Assembly (NCBI GenBank): GCA_964618505.1
Contig: CAZUBH010000008.1
Location: forward strand, 15,257-79,256
Source: an uncultured Thermoplasmatales archaeon
GTDB lineage: Archaea > Thermoplasmatota > E2 > DHVEG-1
Reading direction: 5' to 3'
DNA length: 64,000 nucleotides
Part shown: piece after piece, positions 56,625 to 64,000 of the stretch
How positions within the stretch are numbered: position 1 is the stretch's first letter
How the letters are laid out: each line of letters opens with the position of its first letter
Translations under genes and position numbers: made by a program
The notes under the pieces: model-generated
Told to the model about the DNA's origin: nothing
Databases searched by the model: none
The model's input: the letters and a program-made list of their open reading frames with translations, nothing else

Positions 56625-59600
56625 TTACATCCATGCGTCAAGACCAGTTTGTTGGGTAGGCATTTCAACGGATAATCCAAATGCTCCTTGTATGTAATTT
56701 TCAATCATTTTTTTATACCAATCAAGATCAATTTCGTTTGTAGATTTTAGATAGTCAATTGGACACATGTAATCAATGGGTTTTACACCACTTTTAGATG
56801 GGTTTGTTATACCTGGAAGAGGTCTTTTTGTGACAACAAATTTAAGTTTAGCTCTCGATTTTATCTGTCTTCCAATTACTTTTTCTAGGGCCATTGCTCT
56901 TTTAGCAAAAGTAGAAGGGCTTCCGTCTTGATTTAATTTATATCTTCTTGCCGGCTGAACAGACTGAATTAATGTTAAATCCTCTATATCAACTGTTGAT
57001 AAGTCAAGTTTTTCTAAAACTTCTTTTGTTTTTTCCATTATAGCATTTTTTACAGATTTTCTTGCTTCTTCTTCATCATCCCAAGATGTATTCTCCTTTA
57101 TTACTTTAATCATGATTTCTTTTAGAACTTTCCTTGCAATGTTTGCTTTATCAGAACCTTTAAAATTGTTTCCTTTTGTATTCATTTCTAGTTTGCCATT
57201 TTTACTATCAAAAATTAAATAATTCTTATGTTTTACAAAAATCATTGAATCGTGTTTTTCAGGTTCTAGTTCAAAATCAGGATAATTTAAATCTTTTTGC
57301 CATTTTTTATTACAATCTTCAATCGCATTTAGGGCTATCTCTGGCTTTGTTATCCATTTATCTTCATTAATTTCAATATTCAAACTTAAAGATTTAGAAA
57401 TTTCAGTTACATTTCCAGCTGATTTAGAACATCCAAGATAAATTCCATCCGTATCTCCATATACAACTCTTATACTTTTTTTCTTTAAGTAATCTAAAGC
57501 ATCTGCAAGAATAATTTGTCCTTTTGTTGTAATTGCGGCTGCACCCCACAAATTAAATTGCCTACCTGTAACAGTTGGTGCAGAAAGTATTCCATGTGTA
57601 TTGTGTAAAATAATCCCTCCGTTTGCATCTATAAAATTTTCATTTCCTTCTATACTTAGGTCATATACATATTCAGAACTGGGATCAACATATTCTATAT
57701 GTTTTGGCGGGATAGCATAACAATCGTTACATGATTGTTTGTTACCTTTGTAATAACCAATCATCCTTGTGTTATACGTCTGATCATATTGCCTAAAATA
57801 TGTGTTGGTTTTTACACCCCATTGTTTTTGAAGTGTTATTAAATCCGCATTTAGACTTTGGCTATTTGTTGTGAATCTTCCATGTGGTACAGAAGATGGC
57901 ATTGAAAACTTAATATTACCATCACCTTTCATATATGCATCAAAAAATGCTCTTCTTACCGGTTCTTTAGAAGATAGTATTTGCCAAGGAATTTGTTTAC
58001 ATCTACTTGAGCTACCACATGATAAAATGCTATCAAAAAGATAATCAACAATTTTAGCATGAAGTGTTGACACATAAGTATGTGCATCTTCAAGCCTATT
58101 TATTGTATAAACTGGGGCGCCAAGAATCTCATTAGAAAGTTTTCTAATTCTTTCATGCATTTCTTTTTGTGAATTTGAAAAAGTTATATAATAGCTAGAA
58201 TGGCCATTTACCACCTTTCTTGAAGTGTGGCCTTCAGATATATAATATCCAATAAGTTCTGCTAATCTTTCATCAATAGAAATTTTTGATTTTATTCTGC
58301 TTGATTTTCTTCCATTTGATCCAACGGTAATATAATCATATAAATCATCTTTAAATTGAATATTTTTAAGTTTATCGAGAGGTACTTTAATATACGGCAA
58401 AAGAACGCTATCTTTTAACTTTATATTCATCAATTTATTTTTTAGCCTGCTATTAAAATGAATAAGATCATTTTTTTCGATAAAAGCAAAGAAATCAGTA
58501 CTATTTGCTTCCTTGCATAAATTGATATCGTGTTTTTTTTCAATGGAGGGAATCTTTTCTACATGAGCTAAAAGTGTTTTTTCATTAATTTCTGCTACGT
58601 TAATTTCTTGCATTCCTCCATCTTTTATAGTAAAAACACTATGATTTGGAGTAACTACGGTAAAACCACTTTTGGTAGTAATTTTAATAAGTTTTTTTGA
58701 CCATTTATGCCGAACGACTTGCTTTATTTTTTTTATTTCAGCTTTTCCATTTTTATTTACAGATATTGCTTGCCAATTCTCATCAATTTCTGAAATTTCA
58801 AACTGTGTTCCGTTAATATTTTCAATTCTACAACCTTTCTGTATAAAGGAATCAACGAATTCTCCAATAGGTTTATTGATCAAGTATCCGTCTGGTGAAA
58901 CTAATATCACTTGTTGGCCATAGTCAACACTTCCGGCATTACGAGCACCTTTCATGCTTTGATACATCATTTTGAGCCTGTTAATTTCAGATTTATCATT
59001 TTTATTTTTAGACTCTTTTAATTCTTGTTTTATTTTTGAAATCATATTCATAATGCCAGTCATTGAAAGATTAACGACACCTGGTTTTCTGTCTATTTTA
59101 ACACCTATCATATATCCTTTATCTGCATAAGAGTCGGCGCTTTCTACTTCTCGCCAGTTGACATCGATCTCATTAAAAAACTGTTTAGGCATCTTTTTAA
59201 GCCATATCCATTCATCAGGTTTTTCGTTTTTACAAGCAAGTTTTACAGTATCTGCGCCAATGTTCAAAGCTTTCAATATAGTGGGATACATTGCACCAAC
59301 ATCGGCAACTAAAACGTAATACCAAGGTACAAAATGAGAATTAGCATCTTTATCTGGTTTTATTGTCATTCCGCCAGGCATATGATAACTTATTGTATCG
59401 TCTGAATCTTTTGGATTTTCGTTAAATACAACATATGGGCATTCCACCCAATTAGGCATCTCATTACCATATTTAATAACTCTTAAAACATCCTTTGCAA
59501 GCATATCCTTTTGTTTTTTTGCTTTACTTACAATTTCGGATTTTGTGTTACAATCTCTAAAATACTTAGTTAGATTTTGTGTGATTGATTTAACTCTACA

Positions 59601-60815
59601 TATGGGCGGCATAATTTTTTTATGTTTACTACTTCTTATCATCGACATGTGGTCCCACATATTTACCGCGCCAGATGGAAGAAGCATATCAAATGGCATA
59701 CATGTTGTAAATGCAAGGGGCAAAGCTTGTTGTATTAGATTTATTGTTACTCCGGTTTGTTCCTGTATATCTTGCTTATTGTATTTCATTGTTCTTTTAT
59801 CTAGTTTTATTTCTGATGGACTAAGATAAACCCTGTCTTTTATGTCAATTCCAAGAAAAGGTGCCAAAAATTTAAGTCCATACTCGTTCAAGAAAGGATA
59901 AAATTTTCTTGCTGCAAGAAATGTATCAAAATTTGAAGGATACATTTGTACAACATCCGTACCAGTTCCAAAATGAAAACTTTTGTCTGATTTACAATAA
60001 TTATTTACGAAATAATGCAGTTCTTTTTTTTCTTCATTTGATATTTTGCTATGATGTTCTTTTAATAACAACTTTATTCTATTATATAATTGGATATTGT
60101 CAAAGCCTGTTATATTGTGTCCTGATATAATGTCGTATTTTTTTGCCACCCTGCAAAATTCTGTGATATTCTTTATTTCTTCATCAATGTTTGGAGAGAC
60201 AAGTTGCTTTATTTCTATGTTCTCAAAATCAGAAGGACAATCAATTATTTCAAAACTAAATTCTTCCGTTTCCAAGTCCTTTTTTGATTCAAATTTTATT
60301 TTAAAATCAGAGTAACCTATTATATCTATGGGTATGTCGCTTTTCCCTTCAGAAAATTGAGTTGTTTCAATATCATAAATTAATACTTTTAAATCCTTTT
60401 TTTGTCCTTTGGAATCAAAAATCCACCCCATATCTTGAGCAGCTATATCTGTTAAAGATCGTTGCTGATAGGGTATATCATGTTCTGCAGTAAAAACCCC
60501 ATGTTCAAAAAATAAATAGTCACTCACTTCAGGAACAAAATATGACTCTTTTGTAAAAACTTTGAATACATTTCTTTTCTGTTCAAAATCACAAAAACTT
60601 CTATATTCTTCAATTTCTCCAAAATCAATTATTTTTGAAAGTTTTTCATGATTATTTTTATTTAAATTCCAACGTTCAATTAATTCTTTTCTTTTTTTTT
60701 CAGCACTTTTTTCTTGAGGAACGATAGCTAAAAAATACGGATTGTGAACATCTGAAATTTTCTTTGGTTTTTCATTTTGAAAATAAAGCGAATCTTGAGA
60801 TATTCCTAGTAACAT
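56625..60815 (-). CDS. polB: Family B DNA polymerase (PolB) interrupted in-frame by one 444-aa LAGLIDADG intein.
   Basis: Exonuclease motifs YDIETT and SGHNITGFD. Motif A is YYVLVADVGAMYPTIL, motif C is VVYGDTDGIYL. The extein is 952 aa in total. The intein lies in the motif B region (see the separate intein feature). Confidence 0.9.
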   Translation of the reverse strand: MLLGISQDSLYFQNEKPKKISDVHNPYFLAIVPQEKSAEKKRKELIERWNLNKNNHEKLSKIIDFGEIEEYRSFCDFEQKRNVFKVFTKESYFVPEVSDYLFFEHGVFTAEHDIPYQQRSLTDIAAQDMGWIFDSKGQKKDLKVLIYDIETTQFSEGKSDIPIDIIGYSDFKIKFESKKDLETEEFSFEIIDCPSDFENIEIKQLVSPNIDEEIKNITEFCRVAKKYDIISGHNITGFDNIQLYNRIKLLLKEHHSKISNEEKKELHYFVNNYCKSDKSFHFGTGTDVVQMYPSNFDTFLAARKFYPFLNEYGLKFLAPFLGIDIKDRVYLSPSEIKLDKRTMKYNKQDIQEQTGVTINLIQQALPLAFTTCMPFDMLLPSGAVNMWDHMSMIRSSKHKKIMPPICRVKSITQNLTKYFRDCNTKSEIVSKAKKQKDMLAKDVLRVIKYGNEMPNWVECPYVVFNENPKDSDDTISYHMPGGMTIKPDKDANSHFVPWYYVLVADVGAMYPTILKALNIGADTVKLACKNEKPDEWIWLKKMPKQFFNEIDVNWREVESADSYADKGYMIGVKIDRKPGVVNLSMTGIMNMISKIKQELKESKNKNDKSEINRLKMMYQSMKGARNAGSVDYGQQVILVSPDGYLINKPIGEFVDSFIQKGCRIENINGTQFEISEIDENWQAISVNKNGKAEIKKIKQVVRHKWSKKLIKITTKSGFTVVTPNHSVFTIKDGGMQEINVAEINEKTLLAHVEKIPSIEKKHDINLCKEANSTDFFAFIEKNDLIHFNSRLKNKLMNIKLKDSVLLPYIKVPLDKLKNIQFKDDLYDYITVGSNGRKSSRIKSKISIDERLAELIGYYISEGHTSRKVVNGHSSYYITFSNSQKEMHERIRKLSNEILGAPVYTINRLEDAHTYVSTLHAKIVDYLFDSILSCGSSSRCKQIPWQILSSKEPVRRAFFDAYMKGDGNIKFSMPSSVPHGRFTTNSQSLNADLITLQKQWGVKTNTYFRQYDQTYNTRMIGYYKGNKQSCNDCYAIPPKHIEYVDPSSEYVYDLSIEGNENFIDANGGIILHNTHGILSAPTVTGRQFNLWGAAAITTKGQIILADALDYLKKKSIRVVYGDTDGIYLGCSKSAGNVTEISKSLSLNIEINEDKWITKPEIALNAIEDCNKKWQKDLNYPDFELEPEKHDSMIFVKHKNYLIFDSKNGKLEMNTKGNNFKGSDKANIARKVLKEIMIKVIKENTSWDDEEEARKSVKNAIMEKTKEVLEKLDLSTVDIEDLTLIQSVQPARRYKLNQDGSPSTFAKRAMALEKVIGRQIKSRAKLKFVVTKRPLPGITNPSKSGVKPIDYMCPIDYLKSTNEIDLDWYKKMIENYIQGAFGLSVEMPTQQTGLDAWM
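57600..58931 (-). mobile_element. Intein (444 aa) in polB motif B (region III) with a LAGLIDADG homing-endonuclease domain.
   Basis: The intein begins with Ser: NAG|SVDYGQQVILV. Block B is TPNH. Two LAGLIDADG-type motifs are present (LAELIGYYISEGH and FFDAYMKGDGN). The C-terminus is ILHN|THG with the +1 residue Thr. Both junctions keep the frame (N-extein 628 aa, C-extein 324 aa). Confidence 0.8.
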
Positions 60816-60911
60816 TTGTTAAATAATGCCCCCTTGCAAAAACCAAAATACATTATTCATACTTAAAGTTTAGAATTAAACTTAAATCATATTATTTTAT
60901 CACGCTTTTTA

Positions 60912-61919
60912 ATGGTAACACAAATAGTCTACTCAAAAGAATTTCATAATCATGATAATTCAGGCCATCCGGAAAATGCCAAAAGATTAAACGTAATGCT
61001 AGAATCACTTAAAAATTCTGAAATTTATGATAAAATAAAGTTAGTAAAGCCTCAAATTCTGCCAGAAAAAATCTTATACGATGTTCATTCAGAAAGCATG
61101 ATAGATCAGATTAAAAGGATAAGTGCAACTGAAGATTCTTGGATTGATTTAGATACCTATGTTTGTATAAATGATTTTCAAACAGCAAGACTTGCTGCTG
61201 GCGGATTATTAGACGCATGTAAAGATATTTTAAATGATAAAATTGACAATGCTTTTTCACTCGCAAGACCTCCTGGTCATCATGCAACCAAAAAAAGATC
61301 AATGGGCTTTTGTCTTTTTAACAATGGAGCAATTGCTGCAAATGAACTTACAAAACTTGGAAAAAAAGTACTAATTTTTGATCCAGATGTCCATCACGGA
61401 AACGGAACACAGGATATTTTTTATGATAGAAATGATGTGATGTATCAATCATTTCATTTATCTCCTCATTTTCCAGGAACTGGCGATATTTCAGAAATTG
61501 GAGAAAAAAGAGGTAAAGGTTTCAACATAAATGCTCCTTTATCTCATGGAACGGGAGATTATTGCGCTGATAAAATCCTTGATGAAATATTTCTTCCAAT
61601 AGCAAATCAATTTAAACCAGATTTAATAATAGTCTCCTCTGGATTTGATTCCCATCACTCAGATCCTTTGGGCGGATTAAAACTTACGTCAAATATGTTT
61701 GGAAAAATGATTTCAAAATACATGAAAATTCAACCAAAAATTGCATGTACTCTAGAAGGCGGTTATAATCTAAATTGGATAGGTAAATGTCTCATTTCAC
61801 AATTAAGTGTAATGGCTAAACGACCAATATTTTTTGAGGATAAAACTCAAGAAGAAAAAAATATAATGCCTGTTTTAAAAGAAATTAGGAAAAAATTGTG
61901 TAATTATTGGGATATTTAA
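60912..61919 (+). CDS. Histone deacetylase / acetoin-utilisation (AcuC)-type amidohydrolase of the arginase-deacetylase fold.
   Basis: RPPGHHA, FCLFNNGAIAA, DPDVHHGNGTQ and GGY motifs of class I/II HDAC-like enzymes. Confidence 0.75.
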   Translation: MVTQIVYSKEFHNHDNSGHPENAKRLNVMLESLKNSEIYDKIKLVKPQILPEKILYDVHSESMIDQIKRISATEDSWIDLDTYVCINDFQTARLAAGGLLDACKDILNDKIDNAFSLARPPGHHATKKRSMGFCLFNNGAIAANELTKLGKKVLIFDPDVHHGNGTQDIFYDRNDVMYQSFHLSPHFPGTGDISEIGEKRGKGFNINAPLSHGTGDYCADKILDEIFLPIANQFKPDLIIVSSGFDSHHSDPLGGLKLTSNMFGKMISKYMKIQPKIACTLEGGYNLNWIGKCLISQLSVMAKRPIFFEDKTQEEKNIMPVLKEIRKKLCNYWDI

Positions 61920-62215
61920 TCAAAAATCATTCCCATACCTTCGGCAGCAGAATCCTCTTGTTCTTTTATTTTATCATCAACTTCCTTTGCCTTTTTTTCA
62001 TCAAGTTTTTTAAAATTCATTTCTTTTGCAAGTTCTTCTGCTCTTTTAAGTCCTTCTTCAGATCCTTCAATTTTAAGATAAGATACATCTTCTTTAATGT
62101 CAAGTGAACTTGCATCTCTTGTCAGAATGCTTTGTCTACTTACAAGATCATCTTTAATTAAGTTGTTAATTTTTCCAATATCGTCAGACTTTACTTCAAA
62201 GATAACATAGGCCAA
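61916..62215 (-). CDS. Probable ribosomal stalk protein aP1 (L12e/P-protein homolog).
   Basis: A 99-aa acidic protein starting MAYVIFEV... The C-terminus EDSAAEGMGMIFD resembles the conserved P-protein tail (compare DDMGFGLFD). The hinge region is atypical. Confidence 0.4.
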   Translation of the reverse strand: MAYVIFEVKSDDIGKINNLIKDDLVSRQSILTRDASSLDIKEDVSYLKIEGSEEGLKRAEELAKEMNFKKLDEKKAKEVDDKIKEQEDSAAEGMGMIFD

Positions 62216-62256
62216 CTAAATCACCTGAGAAGCGCATGTAATTATCCTATATAAAA

Positions 62257-62736
62257 TTAATCTACTGTTAAAATCTTTCCAGATTCGTCAATTTCTTTTT
62301 TTCTTATTCTTGTTGAACTAATTGGTTTTTTATCTTTTGCAAGCAAAAAAGGAATTGTAATTATTTCTAGAGGTTTTTTACCAATTTTTTCTCTTACTTT
62401 GTTGATTTCTATTGCAGTTTTTTTTGTTTCAGGTGACACTACAATAGCATCAAAATCCTTCTCAATGGAGGGTCCAAATTTATCATAGATTGGTTTTATC
62501 TCAATTTCTAAATTATTATTAATTTTTTTTACTAATTTTTCAATTTCTTTTTTTCTTTGTTCAAAAGGCATTACATCTATCCTGTTTTTGATCAAAATTC
62601 CTTCAGAAATTCCTATAAATAAATATCCATTTTTACCTGCAACTTCTATAGATTTTTTAATTAAAGTTTTGTGACCGTCGTGTAGTGGGCTAAAAGTTCC
62701 GCCAATACAAACTTTCATTGTTATAATAGAATACAA
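62257..62736 (-). CDS. Archaeal-type phosphopantetheine adenylyltransferase (cytidylyltransferase-fold nucleotidyltransferase).
   Basis: (T/H)xGH-like motif GGTFSPLHDGHKTLI, length about 160 aa, and C-terminal ISSTRIRK. Confidence 0.65.
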   Translation of the reverse strand: MYSIITMKVCIGGTFSPLHDGHKTLIKKSIEVAGKNGYLFIGISEGILIKNRIDVMPFEQRKKEIEKLVKKINNNLEIEIKPIYDKFGPSIEKDFDAIVVSPETKKTAIEINKVREKIGKKPLEIITIPFLLAKDKKPISSTRIRKKEIDESGKILTVD

Positions 62737-62826
62737 CTCTATTTTTAAATATAATTGACAACCTGGTTTTTAAAGAGAAAAATATAAATTCTATTACAAG
62801 CTTTCAAATTTGAAGGAGTCGTGAGG

Positions 62827-64000
62827 ATGGGAAAAATTCAATTCTTGAGAATGTTAGTAGTTTGTATCTTACTTTTAAGTTGTATAATGCCATTCTTATT
62901 TGTAGAAAATTCAAAAGCAGTTGGTAACAAAATCTATGTAAATGTAGCTTCTCAATATTCTGAAAGTGATGGATCTGCTGACAGACCTTATCAAACAATA
63001 CAAGAAGCAATAGATATATCTGAAGATGGCGATGAATTATACATTTTTCCAGGTACATATAATGAAACCCTAACAATAGATAAAAAAATATCAATTATTG
63101 GATTAGAAAGAGACAATACTATAATAGACCATGATGGCGAAAATCACAGATATCTTGTTAAAATTACATCTGATTTAGTAATTCTTGAAAATCTTACTTT
63201 TTCTGATAAAAATAACTTCAACTCTCAAGCGCTAGTATACGTAGAGTCTGATCAGGTTTCAATTCAAAGTAATAATTTTACAAATAGCACAACTTGGGGC
63301 CTATACTTAAGTTATTGCGATGGTACGACTGTTGGCAACAATATTTTTTATGATGTTAAAGGATCTTATCTGATGGGATCAAATAATAATGTTTTTTCTA
63401 ACAATAATTTTACATTATGCTCAAATGCAGGTGTTTTTTCAATTTCGTCTTCAGGTGAAGGAATAATTTATAACAATACTTTTGAAAAATGTAAATACGG
63501 AATTTATTTCCAAAACCCCAGCAGTAATAACAATATCAGCTATAACAGGATAAATGGAAGCACGATTAGTGGAATTAAATTTAGCGGGGGCACAAACAAT
63601 TCCATAACATACAATTATATAAATGATAGTGGCGTAGACGGTATTAATCTTAATGCGATCAATAGTAATGTTATCGAAAATAAATTTAGAGATAATCAAA
63701 TTTCTGTGAATATAATAAAATCTTCCTGTGTGGTTAGAAATAATATCATAAATGACTCCAAGTCATTTGGAATATTTGCATCTTCTTCTAGTTCAAATAA
63801 TAAAATATTTATTAATCATTTTAATAGAAATGTTGTTAATGCAAAAGATTTAGGTGAAAATAATTGGGATCATAATAACAAAGGTAATTTTTGGGATGAT
63901 TATAATGAAGTTGATGAAAATCTAGACAAGATAGGCGATGAACCTTATAAAGTTTCGACCGGATCTTATGATAATTATCCATTAGGCATTTTTTTAAAAC
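62827..64000 (+). CDS. Secreted NosD-like beta-helix surface protein (fourth paralog in the window); 3' end lies outside the window, and the gene is absent from the ORF track.
   Basis: GGAG lies 9 nt upstream of the ATG. Signal peptide MGKIQFLRMLVVCILLLSCIM, then ...DGSADRPYQTIQEAIDISEDGDELYIFPGTYNE..., beta-helix repeats (NNISYNRINGSTISGIKF) and GNFWDDYNEVDENLDKIGD. The frame is open to base 64000. Confidence 0.6.
   Translation, partial: MGKIQFLRMLVVCILLLSCIMPFLFVENSKAVGNKIYVNVASQYSESDGSADRPYQTIQEAIDISEDGDELYIFPGTYNETLTIDKKISIIGLERDNTIIDHDGENHRYLVKITSDLVILENLTFSDKNNFNSQALVYVESDQVSIQSNNFTNSTTWGLYLSYCDGTTVGNNIFYDVKGSYLMGSNNNVFSNNNFTLCSNAGVFSISSSGEGIIYNNTFEKCKYGIYFQNPSSNNNISYNRINGSTISGIKFSGGTNNSITYNYINDSGVDGINLNAINSNVIENKFRDNQISVNIIKSSCVVRNNIINDSKSFGIFASSSSSNNKIFINHFNRNVVNAKDLGENNWDHNNKGNFWDDYNEVDENLDKIGDEPYKVSTGSYDNYPLGIFLK

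Noticed and set aside
62804-63094. A minus-strand 96-aa ORF.
   Set aside because: The + strand here encodes the N-terminus of a clear beta-helix surface protein (62827..>64000) with an RBS and signal peptide. The minus ORF is L/Y/Q-rich noise.
1-64000. A CRISPR array, cas genes, rRNA genes, and transposase or integrase genes.
   Set aside because: No regularly spaced direct repeats, no Cas-like proteins, no long GC-rich structured RNA regions and no transposase/integrase-like ORFs were seen. The only mobile element identified is the polB intein.

Overview
This is an AT-rich (roughly 30% GC by eye, not computed), gene-dense archaeal segment. The gene content suggests a small-genome, possibly DPANN-type, archaeon: archaea-specific ribosomal proteins L19e, L32e and S4e, aSUI1, RNase P Rpp29, RpoK, the RFC large subunit, PriL, a PolB carrying a LAGLIDADG intein, and a PGF-CTERM surface protein. 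Only the + strand was given; both strands were read.

The largest block is the canonical archaeal ribosomal-protein supercluster on the minus strand (L3 to L30, 39098 down to 27056). It is followed abnormally by a 69-aa orphan, rpoK and S2 rather than L15-SecY-Adk. Two ribosomal proteins (eL32, uS3) carry appended HhH2 domains.

Other genes are housekeeping: FtsY, UMP kinase, RFC-L, arcTGT, PurH, dTMP kinase, PPAT, two tRNAs, a crotonase, an MFS transporter, a SOUL protein, an HDAC-like amidohydrolase and a radical SAM protein. A large fraction of the window encodes secreted or surface proteins: four NosD-like beta-helix proteins, PKD domains, a spondin-like protein, a rhodanese fusion, an acidic 897-aa surface protein, and lipobox proteins.

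The most unusual locus is 41.8-51.3 kb. Two KaiC/ArlH-like single-domain ATPases and a pilin-like membrane protein sit inside operons of beta-helix/PKD surface proteins. Each operon is preceded divergently by one copy of a paralogous ~75-80 aa protein of unknown function. There is no ArlI, ArlJ or archaellin in the window.

Other notable items:
- an apparently frameshifted secreted glycoside-hydrolase-like gene;
- an inactive M50-protease paralog fused to a LamG domain;
- a LemA-GIDE pair;
- tandem GpgS/MpgS-like glycosyltransferases next to a HAD phosphatase.

No CRISPR array, rRNA gene or transposase was seen.
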